Assembly: GCA_964539375.1 (NCBI GenBank)
Contig: CAZIIE010000002.1
Span: forward strand, 1-51,949
Length of the DNA stretch: 51,949 nt
Source: an uncultured Nitrospirota bacterium
GTDB taxonomy: Bacteria > Nitrospirota > Thermodesulfovibrionia > Thermodesulfovibrionales > JdFR-85
Reading direction: 5' to 3'
Positions 7,967 through 17,806 of the stretch are shown here, one piece after another. The notes under the pieces are model-generated. The model was not told where the DNA came from, did not search any database, and was given only the letters and a program-made list of their open reading frames with translations. Every line of letters begins with the position of its first letter. The first letter of the stretch is position 1. A program made the translations under genes and the position numbers.

Positions 7967-9068
7967 CCTGCTGAACCTCCTTTTTTCTGCAAAATCTTTT
8001 ACCTTCGGTCTGTCTGACCATACCCTTTATTTCAAGCCCTGTAAGTATACTCAATATCTTATATAAAGGTAAACCGCTTGTTCTTGTCAATTCATCCACA
8101 TGAACTGGCTCATCAGTTATGTGTCTGAGAAGGGCTTCCTCCTCAGGGGTTAGCTCAACCCTTTTGGGTTTGCTCTTTTGTTTTAAAAACTGTCTTATCT
8201 CATGGGCAAACTCTTCCACAATGTCTTCAACGGTAAGCACCAGCTTAGCTCCCTTTTTTATAAGCTCATTAGTGCCTGCCGAAAGGGAGGAGTTTACCCT
8301 GCCAGGCACAGCAAACACATCTCTTCCCTGTTCAATTGCATAGCCTGCTGTGATAAGGGTTCCGCTTTTTGTAGTAGCCTCCACTACAAGAACCCCGAGG
8401 GAGAGGCCACTTATTATACGATTTCTGCGGGGGAAGTTACCCCTTTCAGGTCTTGTGCCTGGTAGAAACTCGCTTATCACAGCACCCGAGACTGCTATCC
8501 TTTCCATGAGTGAGCGATTTTCTGCTGGATAGACCACATCAACACCCGAGCCAAGCACAGCAATAGTTCTACCACCTGCCTTAAGTGCCTCCTTATGTGC
8601 CACCGAGTCAATGCCCCTTGCCATTCCACTTACAATCGTAAGCCCCAGTGAGGCAAGCTCCCCTGTCAATTGCTCTGCCACGGTGATTCCATAGGCAGAG
8701 GGTCTCCTTGAGCCAACCACAGCAATAGAAAGCCAGTCTTCCCTCTCAAGCTCTCCTCTCAAAAATAAAAGAGGTGGTGGTGAGGCTATCTCCCTTAGCC
8801 TTTGAGGGTAGTTATCGGAAAATATATCAATTATCTTTATACCCTTTTTTTGACAGATGCTAAAAACCTGCTCAACCCTTTTCCAGCGGGAAAACCCCTT
8901 AATCCTTTTGGCCTGTGAGGGCCTGAGACCGCAGCTAACAAGGTCATCTTCAGAGGCATGAAATATCTCTGAAGGGTTTTTGAATCCTCCAAGGAGCAAA
9001 TCTATAGCTTTCTGCCCGATTGAGTCAACAAGGTTAAGGGCAATCAGATAGTAAGTGCTGTCTTTCAA
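7959..9068 (-). CDS. dprA: DNA processing protein DprA
   Basis: Rossmann-like core motifs VVGSRRPSAYG, GMARGIDSVAHKEAL, AVLGSGVDVVYPAEN. C-terminal winged-helix tail. Confidence 0.9.
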   Translation of the reverse strand: MKDSTYYLIALNLVDSIGQKAIDLLLGGFKNPSEIFHASEDDLVSCGLRPSQAKRIKGFSRWKRVEQVFSICQKKGIKIIDIFSDNYPQRLREIASPPPLLFLRGELEREDWLSIAVVGSRRPSAYGITVAEQLTGELASLGLTIVSGMARGIDSVAHKEALKAGGRTIAVLGSGVDVVYPAENRSLMERIAVSGAVISEFLPGTRPERGNFPRRNRIISGLSLGVLVVEATTKSGTLITAGYAIEQGRDVFAVPGRVNSSLSAGTNELIKKGAKLVLTVEDIVEEFAHEIRQFLKQKSKPKRVELTPEEEALLRHITDEPVHVDELTRTSGLPLYKILSILTGLEIKGMVRQTEGKRFCRKKEVQQGV

Positions 9069-9076
9069 GGTATCAC

Positions 9077-10261
9077 CTATATTCTGCTTCTTCTCACTTT
9101 CAACCTCAGGGCATTGAGCTTTATAAAGCCTTCGGCATCCTTCTGATTATAGACCTCCTCTGCCTCAAAGGTGGCAAGCTCGGGGCTGTAAAGGCTAACC
9201 GGTGAGCGCCTGCCCACCACTATGCAGTTTCCCTTATAGAGTTTAAGCCTTGCAGTGCCTGTAACATCCCTTGAAATCCTGTCCACAAGGCTCTGGAGTG
9301 CCTCCCTTTCAGGTGAGTACCAGTAACCGTAGTAAACAGCCTCAGCGTATCGGGGTATCAGGCTGTCACGAAGATGAAGGGCCTCCCTGTCAAGGGTAAT
9401 AGACTCAACTGCCCTGTGGGCTATATGAAGAACCGTTCCACCCGGGGTTTCATAAACCCCCCTTGACTTTATACCAACATAACGGTTCTCCACAATATCA
9501 ACCCTGCCAATGCCGTTTTCCCCTGCAATCCTGTTTAACCTCTCAAGTAGTCTAAAGGGGCTGAGTTCCTCACCATTAATGGCAACAGGGTTACCCTCTC
9601 TGTACTCTATCTCCACATAGGCTGGCCTGTCCGGGGCCTTTTCAGGCGGAACCATCAGGGTGTACATATCCTCAGGGGGTTCTGCCCAGGGGTCTTCAAG
9701 CACGCCACCTTCATAGCTTATGTGAAACACATTCTGGTCCATGCTGTAGGGCTTTTCCTTTGTAACAGGCACATCTATGCCCTTTGACTGGGCATAATCA
9801 ATAAGGCTCTGACGGGAGTCAAAGGGCCACTGACGCCAGGGTGCAATCACCTTTATGTCTGGCTTCAGGGCATAATAGGTAAGCTCAAACCTGACCTGGT
9901 CATTGCCCTTTCCTGTTGCTCCATGGGCAACCGCCTCAGCACCCTCTGCCTCGGCAATCTCTATCTGTCTTTTTGCAATCAGAGGACGGGCAATGGAGGT
10001 ACCCATCAGATAATAGCCCTCATAAACTGCATTTGCCCTGAGCATGGGAAAGATGAAATCCCTTACAAACTCCTCTCTCAGGTCCTCCACATAGGCCTTT
10101 GAAGCCCCTGTTCTAAGGGCCTTTTCCTTTATAGCCTCAAGGTCTTCTCCCTGGCCAAGGTCTGCACAGTAGGCGATAACCTCTGCATTGTAGGTCTCTT
10201 TAAGCCACTGAATGGCAACCGATGTATCAAGGCCACCCGAGTAGGCAAGCACTATCTTCAT
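9077..10261 (-). CDS. argG: Argininosuccinate synthase
   Basis: [16 protein letters not shown]-terminus (PP-loop) and [13 protein letters not shown] motif. 394 aa. GGAGG 6 nt upstream of the ATG. Confidence 0.95.
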   Translation of the reverse strand: MKIVLAYSGGLDTSVAIQWLKETYNAEVIAYCADLGQGEDLEAIKEKALRTGASKAYVEDLREEFVRDFIFPMLRANAVYEGYYLMGTSIARPLIAKRQIEIAEAEGAEAVAHGATGKGNDQVRFELTYYALKPDIKVIAPWRQWPFDSRQSLIDYAQSKGIDVPVTKEKPYSMDQNVFHISYEGGVLEDPWAEPPEDMYTLMVPPEKAPDRPAYVEIEYREGNPVAINGEELSPFRLLERLNRIAGENGIGRVDIVENRYVGIKSRGVYETPGGTVLHIAHRAVESITLDREALHLRDSLIPRYAEAVYYGYWYSPEREALQSLVDRISRDVTGTARLKLYKGNCIVVGRRSPVSLYSPELATFEAEEVYNQKDAEGFIKLNALRLKVRRSRI

Positions 10262-10422
10262 AATGTCCTCCTGAGTTTATTTAATATTTACGAAAAATAC
10301 CAGAATACCCTGACCTCTGGTCAGTTAAGCCATGCCTTTAAATCAAGTTATTAAAAAGCATGGGTAGATTTATATATTATAGACAAAAGGCGCCAGCATC
10401 TCAAACTTACTAAAAGGTTAAG

Positions 10423-10452
10423 TTGAAAATTAAAGGGGCTTTTGGCTATTAT
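10423..10452 (+). promoter_or_regulatory. Sigma70-like promoter candidate for apgM (leaderless-type geometry)
   Basis: TTGAAA (10423-10428), 18-nt spacer, TATTAT (10447-10452). The ATG at 10461 is 8 nt after the -10 and has no Shine-Dalgarno. Confidence 0.4.
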
Positions 10453-10460
10453 TTACTATT

Positions 10461-11669
10461 ATGGCAGATCTTTTAGGTGAACTGATACAAAAAAACAACT
10501 CTAAAATAATAATGGTTGTCCTTGACGGTCTTGGAGGCCTCCCCCAAAAGGGCAAGACCGAGATGGAGGTTGCAAATACCCCTAACCTTGACGGGCTTGC
10601 CAGTGTTTCCGCAACAGGCCTCCACATACCTGTTTCACCTGGTATAACACCAGGAAGCGGGCCTGGACACCTTGGCATCTTTGGTTACAATCCTGTTGAC
10701 TGGCAGATTGGAAGGGGTGTGCTTGAAGCCCTCGGACTCGGAATGGAGCTCAGAAATACCGATGTTGCCATGCGCTGTAATTATGCCACGATTAAGGATG
10801 GGGTTATTGTTGACAGGAGAGCGGGCAGGATTCCCACTGAAAAAAGCAGGGTTCTTACGGAAAGGCTTCAGCAGGAGATCCCGAGGATTGAGGATGTTGA
10901 GCTTATCTTTGCCCCTGGTATGGAGCACCGTTTTGCGGTGGTTTTCAGGTTTAATGAAGAGCTTCCCGAGGGTGCTGGAAATGTAAATGACACTGACCCT
11001 CAGAAGGAGGGCAAGGCTCCCCTTGAGCCTGTCGGGCAAAACCCTGCCTCCCAGAGGGTTGCCTCTATAGCAAAGGAGCTCATAAAAAGGGCATCAGAGG
11101 TCCTGAAGAAAGAGGAGAAGGCCAACTACATACTGCTTAGAGGAATAGCCCAGGTGCCTGCCATTCCTTCCTTTTACGATAAATTTGGTCTTAAGGCCCT
11201 TGCAATAGCTGTTTACCCAATGTACAGGGGACTTGCGAGGTTAATCGGAATGGATACACCTGAGGTTAAAGGGGATATTGAGGAAGAGATAGAATTCTTA
11301 AAGTCCAATTATGACAAATATGACTTCTTTTTCATGCATGTGAAGAAGACAGACTCCTATGGTGAAGATGGCAACTTTGAGGCAAAGGCTAAGAAGCTTG
11401 AAGAGTTTGACCGCTTCCTGCCTGAGATACTGTCATTGAAACCTGATGTGCTTGTGATAACCGGTGACCATTCAACACCATCGGTTCTCAAAAGTCATAG
11501 CTGGCACCCTGTGCCGGTTCTCATACACTCACCCTATGTGCTTGGTGGCCTGAGCAAGGGCTTTACCGAGCGTGAATGCGCAAAGGGTGAACTTGGCATC
11601 TTCAGTGCCTACCACATATTACCCCTTTCGCTTGCCAACGCAGGCAGGCTGAAAAAGTTTGGTGCCTGA
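10461..11669 (+). CDS. apgM: Cofactor-independent phosphoglycerate mutase, archaeal-type (ApgM family)
   Basis: [12 protein letters not shown]...TPNLD N-terminus, metalloenzyme motifs [13 protein letters not shown] and ITGDHSTP. 402 aa. Confidence 0.8.
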   Translation: MADLLGELIQKNNSKIIMVVLDGLGGLPQKGKTEMEVANTPNLDGLASVSATGLHIPVSPGITPGSGPGHLGIFGYNPVDWQIGRGVLEALGLGMELRNTDVAMRCNYATIKDGVIVDRRAGRIPTEKSRVLTERLQQEIPRIEDVELIFAPGMEHRFAVVFRFNEELPEGAGNVNDTDPQKEGKAPLEPVGQNPASQRVASIAKELIKRASEVLKKEEKANYILLRGIAQVPAIPSFYDKFGLKALAIAVYPMYRGLARLIGMDTPEVKGDIEEEIEFLKSNYDKYDFFFMHVKKTDSYGEDGNFEAKAKKLEEFDRFLPEILSLKPDVLVITGDHSTPSVLKSHSWHPVPVLIHSPYVLGGLSKGFTERECAKGELGIFSAYHILPLSLANAGRLKKFGA

Positions 11670-11678
11670 TAGCTGAAA

Positions 11679-13043
11679 GTGATACTTACCGATACCCACT
11701 GCCATTTAAACATGGATGCCTTTAGCAAAGACCTGCCCGATGTGCTTGAAAGGGCAAAGGAGGCAGGTGTTGAAAGGCTTATCTGCGTTGGGGTAGATGA
11801 AGAAAGCTCTGAAAAAGCTATTGAGCTCGCAAAACAATATAAGGGAGTTTATGCCACAGCCGGCTACCATCCCCATGATGCTAAGGACTACCCCGATGGT
11901 TTTGATGAAAAACTCAGACAATGGGCAAAGCAGGGGTTGATAGTTGCCCTTGGAGAGATAGGCCTTGATTACCACTACGACCACTCACCAAGGGAAATCC
12001 AGAAAGAGATATTCCTCAGGCAGCTTGCCCTTGCTAAGGAATTGAACCTACCAGTGATCATCCACAGCCGTGAGGCAGCCGATGACACTTACAATATCCT
12101 TAAAGAATCCGGTATCAGCACAGGAGTTATGCACTGCTACTCTGGAAGCCCTGAAAGGGCTGAGCGATTTATGGCTCTTGGATTTTATATATCTATTTCA
12201 GGGCCTGTGACCTTTAAAAAAGCCGAAAGGCTTAAGAAAGTTGCCTCTTCGGTGCCTGATGAGTATCTACTCATTGAAACCGATGCCCCCTACCTCACCC
12301 CATCTCCTTACAGGGGCAGGAGAAACGAGCCTGCCTATGTGAGACTTGTTGCAGAAGAGGTGGCAAGGCTAAGGGGTGTAAGCACCGAGGATATAGCCCG
12401 AATCACATCACTTAATGCTTCAAGGCTATTTGGCATTCAGCCCCTGGAGCAAGGCCCTGCCATTGCCTACAAGATAAGGGATTCCCTTTATCTCAATATC
12501 ACCAACCGCTGTAGCAATGCCTGCAGTTTCTGTGTCCGTTACCATACAGATTATGTCAAGGGACATAACCTTCGGCTTACCCATGAGCCATCCCTTGAAG
12601 AGCTAAAAGAGGCAATAGGTGACCCCAGGGCATACAGGGAGATAGTGTTTTGTGGCTATGGTGAGCCAACCCTGAGGCTTGATTTGATAAAGGAACTCTC
12701 AAGATGGATTAAGCAAAAGGGGGGAAGGGTAAGGATTAACACCAATGGCCATGGCAACCTGATAAATAAAAGAAACATCCTGCCTGAGTTAAAGGGCATT
12801 GTGGATGCTGTCTCAATAAGCCTTGATGCACAGGATGAGGAGACCTACCAGAGGATATGTAGACCCCTTTATCCCGATGCATTCAAGGCGGTGGTTGAGT
12901 TTATCAAAGAGTCCGTTAGATATATACCTGAGGTTACTGTTACGGTGGTTGACCTTCCTGGAGTTGATATTGAAAGGTGCAGGGAGCTTGCCCTTTCCTT
13001 AGGTGCTACCTTTCGGGTCAGACACTACAACGTGGTCGGATGA
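11679..13043 (+). CDS. Fusion protein: TatD-family metal-dependent hydrolase (aa 1-~252) plus radical SAM domain (aa ~262-454)
   Basis: TatD motifs DTHCHL, GEIGLDYHY, VIIHSREA, ETDAPYLTP. C-terminal half has CSNACSFC (CxxxCxxC, C278/C282/C285) and GYGEPTL. GTG start at 11679. Confidence 0.85.
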   Translation: MILTDTHCHLNMDAFSKDLPDVLERAKEAGVERLICVGVDEESSEKAIELAKQYKGVYATAGYHPHDAKDYPDGFDEKLRQWAKQGLIVALGEIGLDYHYDHSPREIQKEIFLRQLALAKELNLPVIIHSREAADDTYNILKESGISTGVMHCYSGSPERAERFMALGFYISISGPVTFKKAERLKKVASSVPDEYLLIETDAPYLTPSPYRGRRNEPAYVRLVAEEVARLRGVSTEDIARITSLNASRLFGIQPLEQGPAIAYKIRDSLYLNITNRCSNACSFCVRYHTDYVKGHNLRLTHEPSLEELKEAIGDPRAYREIVFCGYGEPTLRLDLIKELSRWIKQKGGRVRINTNGHGNLINKRNILPELKGIVDAVSISLDAQDEETYQRICRPLYPDAFKAVVEFIKESVRYIPEVTVTVVDLPGVDIERCRELALSLGATFRVRHYNVVG

Positions 13044-14183
13044 TTTCACCCATCTAAGGAAGGCCTCCACCACCTCTGGGTCAAACTGGGTGCCCGCATT
13101 TTGGCTTATCTCCTCTATTGCATAATCAACGGTTCTTTTTTCCCTGTAGGGTCTATCAAAGGTGATGGCATCAAAGGCATCGGCAACCGCTATTATCCTT
13201 GATATCAGGGGTATCTCCCCTCCTTTAAGACCAATCAGTCCTGAGCCATCGTAAAACTCATGATGACATCTGATGCACTCAATAATATCCATAAAACCCA
13301 CAATCTCAGAAAGTATCTCTGCACCAATCACAGGGTGTTTCCTTATCTCCTTCCACTCCTTCTCATCCAGCGCACCAATCTTGTTTAAAAGCTGGTCAGG
13401 GATTGCTATCTTACCGATATCATGCAGGAGACTACATATCTTCAGTTTTTCAATCTCTTCATCATTGAGCCCGAGCTCCCTTCCTATCTCAACCGCATAG
13501 GCGGTAACCCTTTCTGTATGTCCTGCTGTCCAGAGGGAGCGAGCCTCAAGGGCCTTTATGAAGGAGTTTATAGTGCCAATAAAAAAGGCCTGCATCTCCT
13601 CGGTAAGCAGGGCGTTTTCAATAAAAAGCCCTGCAAAGGAGGAGAGGGTGTTAAGGAGCTTGACATCGCCTGAGAAGAACTCCTCCCCGCTGATTTTATC
13701 AGCAACAACTATCAGCCCAACAGTTCTCTTTTTTCCAGTAAGGGGGGCAACAAGTATGGAGTTTATCTCCAGCCTGTTTAAACCCTCCACAGCCTTTACA
13801 TCACAGATGGTTGTAGACCTGCCCCTTGAAAGCATCTCCCTGAAGAGCGAAATACTGTTTAGAAGCTCCTCGCTGGCATTCCACCTTCCCGTTGACCTCT
13901 TTGTGTAAAATCTCCTAAGGGCATGGTTATAAAGAAGCACGGCGATGGTCTTTACATTGAGCTGATTTGATATCTCATCAATCAGACTCTTGCACAGCTC
14001 ATCAACAGTGGCACCGGAGAACTCTTCGGTAAGCCTGTAAAGGAGGGAGAGTTCTTCGTAGGTCTTACTCAGCTCATTTATGGTTAACCGGAGGTCTTCC
14101 CTCAGTCTATCTATTTCCAATTCGTTCAAGGACAATCTCCAGCAGGCTTCTTGGACTGAAGGGTTTTGTAATATACCTTTCAA
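12999..14183 (-). CDS. GAF domain / HD-GYP domain protein (putative c-di-GMP phosphodiesterase)
   Basis: HD-GYP signature HTERV...LLHDIGKI...HHEFYDGSG. N-terminal coiled coil plus GAF-like region. The upstream end overlaps the receiver gene by 77 nt. In-frame TTG codons near 14120-14130 (within SLNELEIDR) would shorten the overlap to roughly 15-25 nt. Confidence 0.85.
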   Translation of the reverse strand: MKGILQNPSVQEACWRLSLNELEIDRLREDLRLTINELSKTYEELSLLYRLTEEFSGATVDELCKSLIDEISNQLNVKTIAVLLYNHALRRFYTKRSTGRWNASEELLNSISLFREMLSRGRSTTICDVKAVEGLNRLEINSILVAPLTGKKRTVGLIVVADKISGEEFFSGDVKLLNTLSSFAGLFIENALLTEEMQAFFIGTINSFIKALEARSLWTAGHTERVTAYAVEIGRELGLNDEEIEKLKICSLLHDIGKIAIPDQLLNKIGALDEKEWKEIRKHPVIGAEILSEIVGFMDIIECIRCHHEFYDGSGLIGLKGGEIPLISRIIAVADAFDAITFDRPYREKRTVDYAIEEISQNAGTQFDPEVVEAFLRWVKSSDHVVVSDPKGST

Positions 14184-14475
14184 CGCCTGTATTCAAACCA
14201 AGTCTTTCGTCATCCTCCTGACCTTTGGCAGTAAGCATAAAAACAGGAATGTCAGAAAGTTCAGGGTCATTCTTCAGTGTCCTGCATATCTCTATCCCGC
14301 TGATTTCGGGCATCATCCAGTCCAGTATTATAAGGTCAGGCCGTTCCTGTCTTATCCTTTCAATGGCTCCTTTGCTCTCCCTGAGAGTTACTACCTGAAG
14401 ACCAGCCCTCTTCAGTTTGTCCTCTATCATCATCAATATAAAGGGCTCGTCATCTATCACCATTACCTTTGCCAT
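14107..14475 (-). CDS. Single-domain response regulator (CheY-like receiver)
   Basis: VMVIDDEP...DLIILDWMMPEISG...LTAKG receiver motifs. 122 aa. Confidence 0.9.
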   Translation of the reverse strand: MAKVMVIDDEPFILMMIEDKLKRAGLQVVTLRESKGAIERIRQERPDLIILDWMMPEISGIEICRTLKNDPELSDIPVFMLTAKGQEDDERLGLNTGVERYITKPFSPRSLLEIVLERIGNR

Positions 14476-17400
14476 TATGCCTCTCTTTTGGTAAAAGAAC
14501 AGTAACTGTTGTGCCTTTGCCTACCTTGCTTTTTATGTTGACAGTACCTCCGTGGAGCTGAATGATCTTTCTACAAAGTGAAAGTCCAAGCCCCGTACCC
14601 TTTGTGCGAGTTGCATATCTACCCCTGTAGAAGCTCTCACCAATATGGGGGATATCGGTCTCTGGTATACCCCATCCTGTATCAGCTACTTCTATTATAA
14701 CATACCCCTCGTGAGGTCTTATTCTTAGCTCTATTTTTGCACCTCTGTCCGAGTATTTTATTGAGTTATCTACAAGGTTTGCTATAACCTGTAAAAGTCT
14801 GTCGCTATCAGCCCAAAAATCCTTTATCTTGCCCCTGTAGTCCACCTTAAACTCTATGTCTTTTTTCCTCAGGGGAACCTGAAATAGCTCTTTTACCTTT
14901 CCTATAAGGTCATCAAAATCAACCTCGGTATATATGAGCTGTTCTTTACCACTTTCAATCTTAGATATATTAAGCAGGTCTGAAACCATCTCAGACAGCC
15001 TTAATCCCTCATCATATATTGTCTGAAGGTACTGCTCAGCCCTTTCCCCCTCAACCTCTTTGTCTATGAGCATCTCGGTAAGCCCAACAATTGCAGAAAG
15101 GGGGGTTCTGAATTCATGGGAAACAGACCTTATGAGGTCTGTTCTCATCCTCTCTATCTCCTTCTCCCTGGTAACATCCCTCAGAACCTGTACAGCTCCG
15201 TATATACGACCCGATGGGTCTATGAGAGGGAGTGATTGTATTTTTATCGTATGGGTCTGTCCTTCCCTGAAAACCCTTATCTCACCCTCTGCTTCCTTAC
15301 CCTTGAGGGCACTGGTTACAGGACATTGCCCCTCAGAGAATCGGCTGAAGACATCCTGATAGTGTTGGCCCACAAGGGAAGGGGCATTCTGACCAAGCAG
15401 TCTCTCTACTGACCTGTTTACAGATATAACCCTCCCTGTGGTGCTTACCGTGCAGACCCCTTCAGAAATGGTATTAAGGATAGCCTCTGCAAGACCCTTT
15501 TCACGAATCCTGTTTTCATAAAGATAGCTTCTTTCGCTTGCCATGCCAAAGATATCAGCAACTATCCTTAAAAAGTGGAGCTCATCCTCATCGTATTTTA
15601 TGTGAAGCCTGTTGGCAATGGTGATTACTCCAACAGCCCTGTCTCCTACCATTACAGGAAGTGATAGGAGAGACCTGAAGCCCTCCATCTTAAGGGCATC
15701 AATGAAGTAAAGCCGTTCGTATTCTGTGATGTCATAGATATGTATGGGCTTTTTCATCTCTATTGCATACACCTCAGGGCAGGTAACATGAAAGGACAGA
15801 TTTGAAACCCCTGGGAATATACCCTTTGAGTATCTGATAGAAAGGGTCTCATCATCCACCCTTTCCCAGAACATTATTGCATCAGCCCTTGTAAAAGAGT
15901 AGATTAAATCTGCACCCTCCTTTATAAGGGCATTTGAATCCTCCACAGAGGCAAGCTTGGAGGTAAAGCTTAGCAGGAACTCCTTTTCTCTCTGTCTCCT
16001 GTCCTGATGGGTTTTAAACATCTCCCTCATGCCCTCATAAAGCCTTATGTTTTCAAGGGCAAGCCCTGCCATCTCGCCTACAGAGTTCAAAATCCTCTCC
16101 TCATCCTCTGTAAAATAATGCTCGCTGAACTTAAAAAGACAGAAAACACCTACCACCTTCTCCTTTCCACGGATTGGGAAACAGCAGTAACCCTTGATAC
16201 CCGAATGTTTTAAGACAGTTCTTTGCACCCTGTCATCCTGGCTCACATCGGAAGTGGTGATTCCCTCACCGGTCAGAGCAACCCTGCCAGGGATATCCTC
16301 GCCCAACCTGACAGTGCCTGCCTCCCTTACGAACTGCTCGGAAATCCCCCTGTGGAAGGAACATTCAAGGAGCTTTTTATTCTCATCAAGTATAAATATC
16401 CCTCCTCCATCCATATCAAAGGTCTCAATCAGTTTATCTAAAACCTTTGAAAACACCTCCTCTGACTTTAAAGAACGGCTGATAATGGATGCAAGGCTGT
16501 TAAGCAGGGTGAGCTCCTGATTTCTCTTTTTCAGCTGGGTCTCATTCATAACCCTCTGGGTGACATCCCTCATAAGCTCAAGTATATAGATAACATTACC
16601 CTCTCTGTCCCTTATGGGGGAGGCATATATCTCCTCGTAGCACTTATTGTCTTTAAGGTCATAATGCTCATGGATTGCATGTAGCACCTCGCCCTTTGAA
16701 AAAACAGCACTTAGAGGGCATTCCTCACCCTCCATCCAGCAGGGTTTCATCCCCCTGTGGGTGACATCAAAGCACTTTTTATTTATAAGTGCCCTGCCAA
16801 ACTTCTCCTTTGCCTTCAGATTTGCATTGACTATATTGTAGTCCCTGTCAATGATTATTATTGCATCCTGAATGCTATTCATTATTATCTCTAAATGCTC
16901 CTTTGATTCCTCAAGTTTCTGGAGCAGTTCTGCCTGTTCGGTAAAATCCTTTATAATGCCAATCTTTCCTATGACTTTCTCTCCACTCATTATAGGTGCT
17001 CCAGTAATGAGCACAGGCACATGAGAGCCATCTCTTGCAAGGATTTCTACCTGATAGGTGGAGTGTTCTCCCTTCAGTCTCTTTGTCTCAAGCTCCTCCC
17101 TCACAATCTGACGGTTCTTCTGGTCAAAAAAGTCATAAAGGCTTGCCCCGATTACCTCCTGCCGTGAGTATCCGAACATGTTTAAAAAGGCTGGATTAAC
17201 ATCAACAATCCTGTCATTGGCATCAACAACCCATAGCCCGTCCATCATTGTATTAACATAAAGGTCCTTCTTTTTAAGCTCCTCGTTCTTGTCTTTAAGA
17301 GACCTCACCATATCATTAAACATATCAATAAACTGGGCAAACTCCTCATTTTTATGGTCATCTACCTGAACATCAAGGTTTCCCCTCTTTATCTCCTCAG

Positions 17401-17752
17401 CAGCCTTTATCAGGTTTTTAAGGGGTCTGTCATAGCGTCTTATAAGAAGATAGGAAAATAGCACTGAAAGACAAAGGCCCACCAAAAGATAAATCACCAC
17501 TGACCTGTCTATTGCATGATACATATGCTGTACTGTGTCAAGGTAGTCAATCTTTCCCTCTTCAAGGGCAAGGATATCCCTCTGCATAGAATGTATAATG
17601 CTGCTTTTGACGGAAAGGTAAAAAGGCATGAGCACAAGGATGTAAAGTAGCAGAAAGGCCAAAAGGGGTTTCAAGTACTTACCTAATTTCATATTAGATA
17701 TTATAACAAAAGAGAGGGCCGCGATTAACAGAAGGATAAATAATTTTGGCAA
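14450..17752 (-). CDS. Multidomain sensor histidine kinase (TM-HAMP-PAS-PAS-GAF-GAF-PAS-HisKA-HATPase)
   Basis: N-terminal TM helices, HAMP-like segment, H-box SHEFRTPLSAI, N/G boxes DNSIKYS, DTGWGIP, GTGLGLSL. TTG start with AGGA upstream. Confidence 0.9.
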   Translation of the reverse strand: MPKLFILLLIAALSFVIISNMKLGKYLKPLLAFLLLYILVLMPFYLSVKSSIIHSMQRDILALEEGKIDYLDTVQHMYHAIDRSVVIYLLVGLCLSVLFSYLLIRRYDRPLKNLIKAAEEIKRGNLDVQVDDHKNEEFAQFIDMFNDMVRSLKDKNEELKKKDLYVNTMMDGLWVVDANDRIVDVNPAFLNMFGYSRQEVIGASLYDFFDQKNRQIVREELETKRLKGEHSTYQVEILARDGSHVPVLITGAPIMSGEKVIGKIGIIKDFTEQAELLQKLEESKEHLEIIMNSIQDAIIIIDRDYNIVNANLKAKEKFGRALINKKCFDVTHRGMKPCWMEGEECPLSAVFSKGEVLHAIHEHYDLKDNKCYEEIYASPIRDREGNVIYILELMRDVTQRVMNETQLKKRNQELTLLNSLASIISRSLKSEEVFSKVLDKLIETFDMDGGGIFILDENKKLLECSFHRGISEQFVREAGTVRLGEDIPGRVALTGEGITTSDVSQDDRVQRTVLKHSGIKGYCCFPIRGKEKVVGVFCLFKFSEHYFTEDEERILNSVGEMAGLALENIRLYEGMREMFKTHQDRRQREKEFLLSFTSKLASVEDSNALIKEGADLIYSFTRADAIMFWERVDDETLSIRYSKGIFPGVSNLSFHVTCPEVYAIEMKKPIHIYDITEYERLYFIDALKMEGFRSLLSLPVMVGDRAVGVITIANRLHIKYDEDELHFLRIVADIFGMASERSYLYENRIREKGLAEAILNTISEGVCTVSTTGRVISVNRSVERLLGQNAPSLVGQHYQDVFSRFSEGQCPVTSALKGKEAEGEIRVFREGQTHTIKIQSLPLIDPSGRIYGAVQVLRDVTREKEIERMRTDLIRSVSHEFRTPLSAIVGLTEMLIDKEVEGERAEQYLQTIYDEGLRLSEMVSDLLNISKIESGKEQLIYTEVDFDDLIGKVKELFQVPLRKKDIEFKVDYRGKIKDFWADSDRLLQVIANLVDNSIKYSDRGAKIELRIRPHEGYVIIEVADTGWGIPETDIPHIGESFYRGRYATRTKGTGLGLSLCRKIIQLHGGTVNIKSKVGKGTTVTVLLPKERHNGKGNGDR

Positions 17753-17806
17753 TAGGCCATCCTGTTATGTTACTCTTATAGGAGAAACTTTTGAAAGGAG
17801 ACAGTT

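Noticed and set aside
10310-10324. Palindrome CTGACC-TCT-GGTCAG upstream of argG as an ArgR operator
   Set aside because: I cannot match it to an ARG box consensus from memory, and there is only one copy. It could be a simple hairpin in the argG/apgM divergent region.
14080-14505. 141-aa + strand ORF
   Set aside because: It is antisense to the receiver and HD-GYP junction. Both minus-strand genes have clear domain motifs.
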